A stretch of DNA of 64,000 bases, taken from positions 64,001-128,000 of the IMG/VR virus record IMGVR_UViG_3300001765_000030; one strand, written 5' to 3'. The translations under genes and the position numbers were made by a program. This document shows positions 47,171 to 57,095 of the stretch, piece after piece. This stretch comes from a virus. Below the pieces are notes generated by a model. The model searched no databases. It had not been told where the DNA came from and was given only the letters and a program-made list of their open reading frames with translations. Positions within the stretch are counted from its first letter, which is position 1. Each line of letters opens with the position of its first letter.

Positions 47171-48982
47171 ATGTCTATTCCATTATATGATCAATTAGAT
47201 GAATTGGAAACTAACTATAATAGTTGGTTAAAACCTTTTATCTATGACATACTTAAGAAGATCTCAAATAATGAAAACTTCTATCTGAAAAGTACTGCAG
47301 AGCTTCGTAAATATTTTGACACAGTGTGTGTATCACCAATAAGCGTTACAGATGCTATGGAGAGATTGATAATAGAGGATGACGACTCTAATTTCAAGAA
47401 AATGTACATAACTGGTGTAAAACATGATGAACACATTGTTAGTATACGCCACGTGTTCTATGAGGATAACTTTACTAACATTATCAAAGTTATCGAGTAT
47501 CTCATATCAGTTAAGGATATGGTTAAATCTAAGCATAGAAATTATGTAAATGCTGTAGGTTATCTTGAATCTTTCCTCAATAATATCAGAATGTTATCTA
47601 TCTTTGTGGATGATAAAGATATACTAAATTCAAATATTAAAGATGGTCTTGAACGCATGCTTGATAGCGTTATGGATCGTGTATACTTTGAAGAGACTGA
47701 TGGAAAGTTTCAGTTAGTTGACGATAGCGAACGTAGTAGTGAAAGTATATGGGCGTATTCATTTGAAGAAGATAAATCTCCGGATGAAGGGAATAAAGAA
47801 ATTGATGATGTTAAAAGTGATAGAGAACGTACAAAATCTATCGGTAAAGCAGCTTTGAAAGTAAAGAATGCTATAGATACAGGTAGATTGAAAGTTAAAA
47901 ACTTCTTCGATAAATTCAATATTCCTAGAGATTTATTCTATAAGAATAATATTGGGAAGATTGATCACCTGTATAAACATTACGCTGGCGAAGCTACAGT
48001 TGTTGAGAATGACCTTCTCGGAGATCCAGTTGAAATACTGATGGAAAAATGTGGCCCATATCTAGCTGGTTTGATTGATAAGATCTTAGGGATTTATCAC
48101 AACTATAATAATCATATGAATAAACTATTCCAATCTAAAAGTTACAGTGATATGATTAAAGAAGTTGAAAGTTACCTTTCATTTAAAGGTATACAGTTAA
48201 ACGATAAATCTCCTACAAGTGATGTTAAAAAGGCTATAGCGATGGACGTTCGTCATAGAGTTGCGAAAGCATTGCTTGACGGAGTTGAAGTATATGGATA
48301 TACTGTTGCAAGTATAACTGAGAAGAAGTATCCTCCAATACATCATGTTATGGTGTCATTGTTTATGGAAAAACCTCACGAAAAACCTACAGAACGTTCC
48401 GTTGGAGATGTTTTCAAATCTGCCGATTCATTCAAGTTGATGGGTCGTGAAATGAAAAAGATCGTAATGGAATCATCTCAGATTGTTAATCAAAAACTTG
48501 CAGGTGTAAGTGTTGAAAATGATTTCAAAAAGATTACAGGTCATATGAAATCGTTTAAACAACACATGAACCATAGTAAACTTGAGGTTAATAGTAAATC
48601 TGAAGATGCTTCTGGATCAGATAAAGAGAAGAGTCGTGATTTGAAAAAGATGCTTTCAATCCTTAAGGATCATAAAAGTATACTTGAATCATTTATTCCT
48701 CTATTTATCTACGTATCTGAAGCCGGGAATGTAATGTATGATATTGCGATGAAGATAGATTTCACATGTCAAGATGCTCTCAAATCTCTATTGAATATTG
48801 AAAGATCTAAATCTGACCCACGATATCGATACGATACATCTCGTAATAAAGATATGGTTACAAGTGTTGATAAAGAAAATGGTACAAATCAAGTCAATAC
48901 AGGAAGTAAACGTAGAAAAATACTAAATGAGGCTCGTCAGAAACAAGTGTCAGATAGTGGAACTACAGAGTTCAATTACTAA
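47171..48982 (+). CDS. Putative virion protein, 603 aa
   Basis: Late promoter; GGGAG RBS; internal SSES and SFEE motifs. Confidence 0.6.
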   Translation: MSIPLYDQLDELETNYNSWLKPFIYDILKKISNNENFYLKSTAELRKYFDTVCVSPISVTDAMERLIIEDDDSNFKKMYITGVKHDEHIVSIRHVFYEDNFTNIIKVIEYLISVKDMVKSKHRNYVNAVGYLESFLNNIRMLSIFVDDKDILNSNIKDGLERMLDSVMDRVYFEETDGKFQLVDDSERSSESIWAYSFEEDKSPDEGNKEIDDVKSDRERTKSIGKAALKVKNAIDTGRLKVKNFFDKFNIPRDLFYKNNIGKIDHLYKHYAGEATVVENDLLGDPVEILMEKCGPYLAGLIDKILGIYHNYNNHMNKLFQSKSYSDMIKEVESYLSFKGIQLNDKSPTSDVKKAIAMDVRHRVAKALLDGVEVYGYTVASITEKKYPPIHHVMVSLFMEKPHEKPTERSVGDVFKSADSFKLMGREMKKIVMESSQIVNQKLAGVSVENDFKKITGHMKSFKQHMNHSKLEVNSKSEDASGSDKEKSRDLKKMLSILKDHKSILESFIPLFIYVSEAGNVMYDIAMKIDFTCQDALKSLLNIERSKSDPRYRYDTSRNKDMVTSVDKENGTNQVNTGSKRRKILNEARQKQVSDSGTTEFNY

Positions 48983-48986
48983 AAAA

Positions 48987-49014
48987 AAGATATGGGGAGT
49001 GATCCCCATATCTT
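48987..49014. terminator. Bidirectional terminator
   Basis: AAGATATGGGGA-gtga-TCCCCATATCTT. Confidence 0.9.
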
Positions 49015-50386
49015 AATCGTTTAATTCTGCTAACATTATAGTCTCATAACTTATGAAAACATTATCCGAACTAATATCATTATCTCTCACAAATTCTTGA
49101 TTGAAAGATAAAATAGGAAATAATTTATCAACAAATCTATTATTGTCAACTTCTTTGTCACTATTCATACGTATAGAGAATATCACATTTGGACGGAGAC
49201 AATCTAAATCCATACCTTCAGTATTTACAACATATGTTTTAGTTATACCGAGTTCTTCGAGTACACTAAACATATTGAAACTATTATTTAGTTCGTCATA
49301 TTCAAATGACAATCCAACTCCAGTTTTTGAATGACTTAGAGTATTCCTTAAGAATTCCCTAGATGCAGGTTTTACACTTGCGAGTTTACCATCCTCAAAA
49401 TAGAAAGCTTCAGTTCCAATACCAAAGTTCGTGAATACTATACTATCTCCAAACACTTCACCTGCAGCAATACCTATAGAATTATCCTCTAATTCTTTAT
49501 AGTTATAATGCTGTATGACAGCGTCATCTAAGTATATCATTGAACCATGAGCAGTTTTTTCACGATTTGTATCAATTACTAACTCACATTTTCTTATACG
49601 ACCTTCTTCATATTCGTGAGATTTCGAATATCTGTTCAAGATATACATCCGATTATCCATATCATAGAATGATAAAATGCCTTTCAAATATACTCCATAT
49701 AACATTTGAAGCATATCGATACTATTTTTGACATTTCCAGGAGGAATAACGATATTCTCATATGGTAGCATATTGTCCGGCATATCCAATATATACCCGC
49801 CAACATTTATATTCTCACATATAAATCTAAGAGCAGTGTCAACTGTTATAATCGATGAGTCTTTTCCACCACGTAATACGAAATTTAAGTTTCTCTTATA
49901 CATTGTATAGTAATCTATTGTATTCATATAGAATCTGACCTGATAAAGGTTCATATTTCTACTTAAATCGTTAGAATACATTTCATCAATTTGCTGAGGC
50001 TCTCCTTCAGGAATTGGCACAGTATCTTCGTTCTCACGAAGATTCATTACATCTTCAGTTTCAATTATTGGAACAAGTACCGTATCATACAATATAGTTT
50101 TTTCTACTACAACACGGTCTTTAACGTCTGAAGAATTAGTATATTTAAGCTTATAAAGGATGAATTTGCACATCATAGTGTTTTCATTATTCTTTATAAT
50201 CTTAACGTGACCAGTATTCAACATCGTCGTAATTGTAAGCATAGGGGTAAAATGTTTAGCATAATCAATATATCTAGACATACCTTTAATACGTACAGGT
50301 TGAAATGACTCATTTCCCGATTCAGTATATAGAGTCATTTCAACTTCATATCTGATTCTAAAACTTTCTTTAGGTTCTTCAGCCAT
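49013..50386 (-). CDS. Putative baseplate hub-like structural protein
   Basis: IVIPP...I..LQ..YGVY.KG..SFYD pattern of jumbo-phage virion proteins. Confidence 0.5.
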   Translation of the reverse strand: MAEEPKESFRIRYEVEMTLYTESGNESFQPVRIKGMSRYIDYAKHFTPMLTITTMLNTGHVKIIKNNENTMMCKFILYKLKYTNSSDVKDRVVVEKTILYDTVLVPIIETEDVMNLRENEDTVPIPEGEPQQIDEMYSNDLSRNMNLYQVRFYMNTIDYYTMYKRNLNFVLRGGKDSSIITVDTALRFICENINVGGYILDMPDNMLPYENIVIPPGNVKNSIDMLQMLYGVYLKGILSFYDMDNRMYILNRYSKSHEYEEGRIRKCELVIDTNREKTAHGSMIYLDDAVIQHYNYKELEDNSIGIAAGEVFGDSIVFTNFGIGTEAFYFEDGKLASVKPASREFLRNTLSHSKTGVGLSFEYDELNNSFNMFSVLEELGITKTYVVNTEGMDLDCLRPNVIFSIRMNSDKEVDNNRFVDKLFPILSFNQEFVRDNDISSDNVFISYETIMLAELND

Positions 50387-50387
50387 A

Positions 50388-51422
50388 TTAATTACCCATT
50401 AACCAAAAAGTGTTAAGTGTCAAATCATCATACTTCGAGAAATCATTATATGAATGTATCGCATTTGTATGCAATTTACTGCTCCATATTTTTAGTAATG
50501 TTTTCCCTAATGAAAATGTTTTATTTTGAAAGTCTGGATCAACCTGTTTAAGTCTAATTCCAAACAATTGTACATCACTATCCGATAATCCTAATCCTTC
50601 AACAATAGATTCAAAATTATCTTTATCAACGATCTCTCTGCAGTTCTCAAATATCTTTGAGTATACTATACTAGACTGCTTTCTCTTGAGGGATTCCAAT
50701 CTAGGAAAACCGTTATGAAATCCTAATAGGGATAACATAGATGATATTAATCCTACGTTTCGAGATGATATAAATACATCATCTTTCTCAACTTTAAGAT
50801 AATCAGAATTGAAGAATACGTCTGTTCCACCTGTTATATGACCATGCTTGATATTAATCATTTCAGGATCAATTCTCAACAATTGGAACATCATCGTATT
50901 GTTTCCAATATAAACAATACGATTAGTTCTCTTACTCTCACTATTAAGGGAGAATATATTCATTGCAGTGAAGTATGCTACATTTTGATATATAAACTTA
51001 GTTTCATCTTCCAATCTTTCAACGAAGATTGTTTTTCTGAATAAGTTTAATAATCTACCTATAAGCGCAAATGTCTTCTGATATTTAACATAATGAGAAC
51101 CATTTGAAGCATACATTATCAATACTGAGGCACATTTAAGGGATGTAGACGAATGATGTCTATAATGTCCAGCAACGTTCAATATTCCATATACTAATGC
51201 AGTGATAGTCTTATCATCTAGATCAGTATCAGTGAATCCTGAATCAGGAGATATATTTGCAATACGTTCAATAATAGATATCATATAACTAATATCTATC
51301 AGATAAACATACTTATTTTGAGGATTATTTATGAGGTTTTTAGAAGCAAAGAATTCATTAAGTTTTGAATATTGCATCTTTGCACTGTTACAACCGATAT
51401 CAATATTTTCAATTTTCATCAT
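50388..51422 (-). CDS. Degenerate 5'-3' exonuclease (FEN/PIN)-fold protein
   Basis: YLIDISY, LNVAGHYRH, EDE, GNNTMMFQLL (in place of SxDxDxxQL), LLGFHNGFP. Confidence 0.45.
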   Translation of the reverse strand: MMKIENIDIGCNSAKMQYSKLNEFFASKNLINNPQNKYVYLIDISYMISIIERIANISPDSGFTDTDLDDKTITALVYGILNVAGHYRHHSSTSLKCASVLIMYASNGSHYVKYQKTFALIGRLLNLFRKTIFVERLEDETKFIYQNVAYFTAMNIFSLNSESKRTNRIVYIGNNTMMFQLLRIDPEMINIKHGHITGGTDVFFNSDYLKVEKDDVFISSRNVGLISSMLSLLGFHNGFPRLESLKRKQSSIVYSKIFENCREIVDKDNFESIVEGLGLSDSDVQLFGIRLKQVDPDFQNKTFSLGKTLLKIWSSKLHTNAIHSYNDFSKYDDLTLNTFWLMGN

Positions 51423-51439
51423 TATTCCTTTGAGTATTT

Positions 51440-51452
51440 ACATTAGAATGTT
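51440..51452 (-). promoter_or_regulatory. Putative late promoter
   Basis: AACA-ttctaa-TGT on minus strand. Confidence 0.65.
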
Positions 51453-51480
51453 TAGGGGTTTATATATAGACATTACATAC

Positions 51481-51493
51481 AACAATAGAATGT
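51481..51493 (+). promoter_or_regulatory. Putative late promoter
   Basis: AACA-atagaa-TGT. Confidence 0.65.
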
Positions 51494-51515
51494 GGGAAAC
51501 ATTATTGGAGGAATT

Positions 51516-52388
51516 ATGAAATTACCTGAGCATTTAACGATAAAGAATTTTAATAACCCTACCGGAACTGCCGTAAGTACTGTACCAATTATACGGGATT
51601 TAACCAATAGATATAACCTTGTTGTATCAAAAACTGGCATAAGTATGAAGGTCTATAACGACCATAAATCTATAGTATTCGTTGTCAAAGTTCCTTCTGA
51701 AAAGAATTTTAGATATAAGAAGAATATTTTCTATGATGTGATAGTTGAGTTTTATCCTATAGCATCGCTTGATCAGGAAGAAGATAAGAGTGTTCGTGAA
51801 TATGGTATGCGAGTTTATTCGAATTGTCCATCATTTACATACACATTTACTCATGTTTATGGGAAAATGAATTCATTGTATCGTAAGATCGATCAATCGA
51901 TGTATAGTGAAAAAGCTCTTAAAGAACCTGCTAATATTAAAAACCCTTACAAATTGTCTGGTATAGAAAAAACTCTATGGTATGCATTACGTTATGTACA
52001 GGATAAAACAGGGTTTAATAAAAAATCTATTGAAGGTTATATCGAAACGGTTCCTGCAAATTTTAAATTTCCTGGCAATATATTCGATGGAATTGTATCT
52101 CAAGAAGGTAAGATTCAAGAGATACATGATACTGAAATGATAAAGCTTAAGAGTAGAAAGTCTAAAGCTCAGTCAACAACCAGAGAGTTTGTTATCGATG
52201 GTAAAACTATTGGCGGCAGAGAAGAAAGATCTAAATCCAATAAACAGGGTAACTTGGCAACTACTATAAATAATAGGTTGGATGACTCTAAAGCTATAAT
52301 GCAAAATAGACTCTCTAAAGATCAATCTAACAAATTGGATTCCAAAGCTACAAATAGTAGCATATTCAAATCACGACTAAAGAAATAA
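51516..52388 (+). CDS. Conserved jumbo-phage hypothetical protein
   Basis: Start moved to ATG 51516 behind GGAGG; VKVPSE...YDVIVEF...VYSNCPSFTYT pattern. Confidence 0.7.
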   Translation: MKLPEHLTIKNFNNPTGTAVSTVPIIRDLTNRYNLVVSKTGISMKVYNDHKSIVFVVKVPSEKNFRYKKNIFYDVIVEFYPIASLDQEEDKSVREYGMRVYSNCPSFTYTFTHVYGKMNSLYRKIDQSMYSEKALKEPANIKNPYKLSGIEKTLWYALRYVQDKTGFNKKSIEGYIETVPANFKFPGNIFDGIVSQEGKIQEIHDTEMIKLKSRKSKAQSTTREFVIDGKTIGGREERSKSNKQGNLATTINNRLDDSKAIMQNRLSKDQSNKLDSKATNSSIFKSRLKK

Positions 52389-52415
52389 TATAGTGGGGAA
52401 TATCCCCACTATATT
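52387..52415. terminator. Bidirectional terminator
   Basis: AATATAGTGGGGA-ata-TCCCCACTATATT. Confidence 0.9.
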
Positions 52416-52417
52416 TA

Positions 52418-52993
52418 TTACGCTGCAGCATTGAAATCTTTGATAAGTTCTGGTTTTTCAGGGTGAAACTGTTTAAGTTTGCTAAACCCTTTAAGCCATG
52501 ACTTGTTTGGATCAATCTCTCTATATCTACGTTTAGCAAACAACAATCCAAACTCAGATAATAAAATTACTCCAACAGGAGCCTTTCTATATCTTAAGAG
52601 TTGAGAATATATTTCATTTGCTTCGGAGAATGAGAAATACTTATTGCCGTAAATAGTATCATGTATAAGTGATGCGATTATAGAATAAGGACTAACTCTT
52701 GACAGATTCCCTATATTTACAGGAGTACTTGAACCATCCCATATAGTTCCTTTAAGTATTATAAGTTCATAATGATAACCTTTGTATTCAAAATAAATTC
52801 TGAAATCTTCGGTTAAAACTATGAGATCTACTTTGTTCAATCCTAACTTATTAAGATCCTTATATGGTGGAAGAACTATTCCATCGTTTAAAAACTCTTC
52901 ATATAGTTTTAATCTTGAAATAGTTTCTGCAGGTATGAATTTAAATTCGGGTTCACCACAAACCATAACTTTAAAACGTTTACGAAATTTCAT
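52418..52993 (-). CDS. DUF1353 family protein
   Basis: KGTIWDGSSTP...SPY..ASLIHDTIY...EANEIY. Confidence 0.75.
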   Translation of the reverse strand: MKFRKRFKVMVCGEPEFKFIPAETISRLKLYEEFLNDGIVLPPYKDLNKLGLNKVDLIVLTEDFRIYFEYKGYHYELIILKGTIWDGSSTPVNIGNLSRVSPYSIIASLIHDTIYGNKYFSFSEANEIYSQLLRYRKAPVGVILLSEFGLLFAKRRYREIDPNKSWLKGFSKLKQFHPEKPELIKDFNAAA

Positions 52994-53016
52994 TTACCAT
53001 CTCCATTTAATACAAA

Positions 53017-53040
53017 AAGAAGAGGTAAATTCCTCTTCTT
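53017..53040 (-). terminator. Intrinsic terminator
   Basis: AAGAAGAGG-taaatt-CCTCTTCTT. Confidence 0.8.
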
Positions 53041-53044
53041 CAAA

Positions 53045-54178
53045 TCAGTTGTCATAGTATGACATTAAACGCTCCCGTTCTGGAAAAGGATAGTTCACAC
53101 CCTCTATTCCAGCATATTTGTGTACCATAATACCATCATCAGCATCCAACTTCTCACCTATAAACTCAGTTACTTCATAACTACTATCTTTAGAAGCTTT
53201 TGACAAATTATCTGATATAGCATTGTTATAATCCTTATAGATTATTCTACATTTGGAACCAGTCAATGATGGAGAATACAGCATATAAATATTACCGTGT
53301 TCTTTCTCAATAGCTCTTCCACGAACTTCCAACATTGTAAGAAATGTTTGAAGCTCTACACCAGCATTAGTCTCTGTCATATACTTCTTATTGATAATAG
53401 AAGCATCTTTGAAATTTAGACCAAGTTGTGAATCATAAACAAACAAACCTCCGTTTACCATTGAATCACATCCGATTGATTGATTTATACGACATATAGA
53501 ATCTGCCGCACTTGATTCAATCTCACCTCTAGGTCCAAACAACGTTTCGTTATCACTGATCATCATTGTATCACGTATAGTCCTGAAAGAATCCGGACTT
53601 TGTTGATAGATTTCAGTTATATCGTCGATGATGTCCATACCTATAAGGTTTATCGAAAAGTCTTCAATAATTGAATTTCCTTCGGGATATTCACCTGTTT
53701 CATAATACTCTTGTTCAAATGTGTAGTACTTCGGATTAGGCATCATTCTAGATTCGACATAGTCGCTTACAGAATAATTCTTAAAACATGTACTATATAC
53801 TTGAGCTGCATCACTTGAATAGGTTTCATTGCTATTGAAGTTTGTCTCTCTGTCCAATCGTTTCGCTGAAAGTACAGTTAGATTACCGTGTTTAAATTGA
53901 TCTACAAGAGTTTTATCAATCGTATTGAGTTTACAATCATAGACATATACTCCAACAAATGACAAATTTCCATTATCTTTACTGATAAATGTATTGTCAA
54001 ACGTTACGGAACTGCCGACCGTTGTTGATATATTTATCTGAATGACTTTACAATTGAATGGTAAAGCGGGGTCATAAAATATATGGATAACTCTTCTACG
54101 ATCAATTATACCAGCTTTATTGATGACAGAATTATCAAACTTCAAATCATCAATAAATTTACCAGTTGCGATATACAT
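53045..54178 (-). CDS. Hypothetical protein (paralog of 54216-55313)
   Basis: AGGAG RBS; N-terminus MYIATGK...GIID..R.I.I....PFNC.VIQINIS. Confidence 0.75.
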   Translation of the reverse strand: MYIATGKFIDDLKFDNSVINKAGIIDRRRVIHIFYDPALPFNCKVIQINISTTVGSSVTFDNTFISKDNGNLSFVGVYVYDCKLNTIDKTLVDQFKHGNLTVLSAKRLDRETNFNSNETYSSDAAQVYSTCFKNYSVSDYVESRMMPNPKYYTFEQEYYETGEYPEGNSIIEDFSINLIGMDIIDDITEIYQQSPDSFRTIRDTMMISDNETLFGPRGEIESSAADSICRINQSIGCDSMVNGGLFVYDSQLGLNFKDASIINKKYMTETNAGVELQTFLTMLEVRGRAIEKEHGNIYMLYSPSLTGSKCRIIYKDYNNAISDNLSKASKDSSYEVTEFIGEKLDADDGIMVHKYAGIEGVNYPFPERERLMSYYDN

Positions 54179-54215
54179 AGTTCTCTCCTACTATTGTTAT
54201 CATTAAATTGTTCTA

Positions 54216-55313
54216 CTACATCCCAATATTGTTGACCCAATGACTAGCATGGTAATGCTGATCATTTCTAAAGTTTCCAATTTCAAAATTGAAATCTTTA
54301 GTTATAAATCCACCATTATGGACATCATACTTCAAAACACTCACTGTGACAGAACTGATTGTCGATTTAACCATTAGTCTAAATCTCCAACCTACACTCT
54401 CTCTAATATATTCCATCGCAGATAGAAATGTAGATAGTTGGTTATCATGTATCTGTTGCATATAGATATTATTTGTTGGGAAAACATGATCAGTTTTATA
54501 CTGAACTCTAGATATCCCGTCAACACTATCGTATACGAAATTTGCAGAATTCACCAATAAACCTAATATGAAATCTGTCACAGGTCCTACGATCAACATT
54601 GAGAGATTATTTAAATCCAAATACTCAATCATCTCGGCAGTAGAGTGTTCAGTCTCAAATACACCATGTGCATAATCTTCATCATAAGCATTATAGTTGC
54701 TGTAGTTAGACGCTTTTGTAACAATGATTGTGGTATATGAATCAATCATATCCCTAAAAGGGACTAATTCCACATACTTTACAGTATCTTTATCTACCTT
54801 AGGGAGATACATCTTACCGATACTATACTCATTTCCAGAGATATCCTCATTAATAACGTGATGAGTTCTGTTATAGAATCTCACGTTTGGTAATGCGCTA
54901 TATCTAGATGGTGATGAAAATAGATCATCATATGAAGTTGAAGTTTCGAGTTCACCAAACTTAGTTTTACGTAAATCATAGTTATGGATACCGTATGAAA
55001 CATCATCAACTGTTATCATTGAATCCAAATTGATAAGTTTCTTTGTTTCTTCCCAAGTATTCGTTTCAGGAAACTTTGAGAATACCATACCTTTGCAATG
55101 ATAAACGTTTGTATTTTGAAGTTTTTGTAGATCCTTCATAAATCCTAACGAATCTCTATCTGTGAAAGATGAGATATTCATGATGGTTATATCACATTCA
55201 AACATCATACTTTGTGGAATCTCGATGAGTATATACCGTTTACAATAATCGACATTTCCACATTCGAGTATATTGCCAGACGAACGATTTGATTTTCCAG
55301 TATTTATATACAT
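54216..55313 (-). CDS. Hypothetical protein (paralog of 53045-54178)
   Basis: Start moved to ATG 55313 (MYINTGK) behind GAGGTG. Confidence 0.75.
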   Translation of the reverse strand: MYINTGKSNRSSGNILECGNVDYCKRYILIEIPQSMMFECDITIMNISSFTDRDSLGFMKDLQKLQNTNVYHCKGMVFSKFPETNTWEETKKLINLDSMITVDDVSYGIHNYDLRKTKFGELETSTSYDDLFSSPSRYSALPNVRFYNRTHHVINEDISGNEYSIGKMYLPKVDKDTVKYVELVPFRDMIDSYTTIIVTKASNYSNYNAYDEDYAHGVFETEHSTAEMIEYLDLNNLSMLIVGPVTDFILGLLVNSANFVYDSVDGISRVQYKTDHVFPTNNIYMQQIHDNQLSTFLSAMEYIRESVGWRFRLMVKSTISSVTVSVLKYDVHNGGFITKDFNFEIGNFRNDQHYHASHWVNNIGM

Positions 55314-55341
55314 TTTATCACCTCTCTTTGATAAAATATAA

Positions 55342-55364
55342 GGAGTGGTCAAATAGACCACTCC
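55342..55364 (-). terminator. Hairpin / probable terminator
   Basis: GGAGTGGTC-aaata-GACCACTCC. Confidence 0.7.
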
Positions 55365-55373
55365 CCTATAATT

Positions 55374-56990
55374 TCACACAATAACTCTGATATAATAATC
55401 AAGGACCGCATTGATAATCTCATCATCAGAATGTTTTATGGTCTCGCCAAAGCGGGGGTCCATAAATCCATTATATTTGAAGAGATTATTTGCCAAGAAT
55501 ACCGCATCATCACGGATAAAATTCTTACTCTCGAGTTTATCTCGAATGTATCGATATTTACCATTGATCAATTCAATATATCTTGGATCTTCGAACAATT
55601 TTCTATCAGAGACTTTTCCACCCCATCTGTTTTGGAATGAGTATCCAATACAATCTGAGGAAGTATAATCTGCAATAATGTTAAGTCCAATACTCCGTAG
55701 ATACTTATCCGTAAGTAAGAGGAGTCTTGAGTAATTATGCCGATTATTATCAAACATATTTTCATATCCTCCATATTCGTTATGGAAGCACTGGAATATG
55801 ATTCGATTTTGATACTCATGAAGATTCATGTTTTCAACAGTAAATCTCCATTCGTCAATTGAACTGATTCCAATATTGTATCGAATTGATATCTTATTAA
55901 TTGTATCATCACAAGTATTTTTGCGAATAACTTTCAATAATTCATCAGGTCTTGCAATACGAGATTCAGCTCGTTCAGCTTCAGTTACAACTGAATCATC
56001 CCCACCACTATGAACGTAGTCATCTGAGAAACCGTTCAATCCCCCATCATATCCATCATTTTCACGAGGTTTATACTGGGAAGACGAACGTTTAACTGTT
56101 TCGGCAATGAATGCAGGAACAGTTCCAGATGGTTCAAGTTTAGTGATAATTGTCGTCAGAATCTTAGAAAAGACATCTTCTACTTCAGAATCTTTTGTTG
56201 TACCACTAATACTCATACGGTCATAGATCTTCTTATTTGATTTGAAAGATCCACTTACGATCATTGTAACGTATCTGTGAAGTTTGTCGATACAATTCAT
56301 TCCTTGAGAAACTACAGATACTCTGTTGAAGAGTTCTTTGTAAAGTTCAAGGAAGAACTCTTTTGGATCTACATCACGAGACATGATATTACAATAATGA
56401 GTACACAGAGGCACAATGAGATTTCCAGCGAATTTCACATGACAAAGTTGTTTAATTTCACTGTCGTAGAATGTTGTATCTTTATCAAACGATTTATTAA
56501 TAACCTCATCCATTTCCATATCATATACGGAATCGACATAGTTTGAGATTATTTTGAGAATGTCATCGTCGAGAATATTCATCAGTTCCGTAATAAATAC
56601 GATGTAATCGGTTCTTGTTAAGTCACCACCATCGTCAAGGTTCATTTTGAGACTGAAATAGTTTAAGATAAACTTCTCAGCAACTTCACCTTTTTTATTG
56701 TAGGATTTCACTCTAAGTTCATCAGTGTTTACATCGATGAGTTTTTCGTTAAAGTGATGATTTAGAACACGGTTATTATCATCTTCGATAGATAATATTG
56801 ACCGATTGAAAGTTCGTTTAGAGCTCAATGACATTTTGAAACTCTCATAAACTTTACCGAAGTTGAAAGTTTTTCCGAATGATGGGATGTTCATCACACT
56901 TTCTTCTTTCACTCCAACGAAAAAGAATTTACCTTTAAAAGGTTTTTTCTTTTTCGCCATTTTGACTTCATCATCTTTTTCCTCAGCCAT
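55374..56990 (-). CDS. Non-virion RNAP promoter-specificity (sigma-like) subunit, AR9 gp226 / phiKZ gp68 homolog
   Basis: Colinear by-eye match to recalled gp226: SKRTF; ILKIISNYVDSVYDMEMD; LIVPL; DKLH; ITKL....V..FI...VK; DDSVVTEAERAE...R.DE; LF.DPRY..L. Confidence 0.75.
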   Translation of the reverse strand: MAEEKDDEVKMAKKKKPFKGKFFFVGVKEESVMNIPSFGKTFNFGKVYESFKMSLSSKRTFNRSILSIEDDNNRVLNHHFNEKLIDVNTDELRVKSYNKKGEVAEKFILNYFSLKMNLDDGGDLTRTDYIVFITELMNILDDDILKIISNYVDSVYDMEMDEVINKSFDKDTTFYDSEIKQLCHVKFAGNLIVPLCTHYCNIMSRDVDPKEFFLELYKELFNRVSVVSQGMNCIDKLHRYVTMIVSGSFKSNKKIYDRMSISGTTKDSEVEDVFSKILTTIITKLEPSGTVPAFIAETVKRSSSQYKPRENDGYDGGLNGFSDDYVHSGGDDSVVTEAERAESRIARPDELLKVIRKNTCDDTINKISIRYNIGISSIDEWRFTVENMNLHEYQNRIIFQCFHNEYGGYENMFDNNRHNYSRLLLLTDKYLRSIGLNIIADYTSSDCIGYSFQNRWGGKVSDRKLFEDPRYIELINGKYRYIRDKLESKNFIRDDAVFLANNLFKYNGFMDPRFGETIKHSDDEIINAVLDYYIRVIV

Positions 56991-57062
56991 TTAAAACCTC
57001 TCGATAAATGGTTATATATTTGCTAAAGTTAGATATATACTCAACGATAGCTTTTGAAAGAT

Positions 57063-57089
57063 AGGATGGTGCAAACGATGCACCATCCT
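57063..57089 (-). terminator. Hairpin / probable terminator
   Basis: AGGATGGTGCA-aacga-TGCACCATCCT after gyrB stop. Confidence 0.75.
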
Positions 57090-57095
57090 CTTGGA

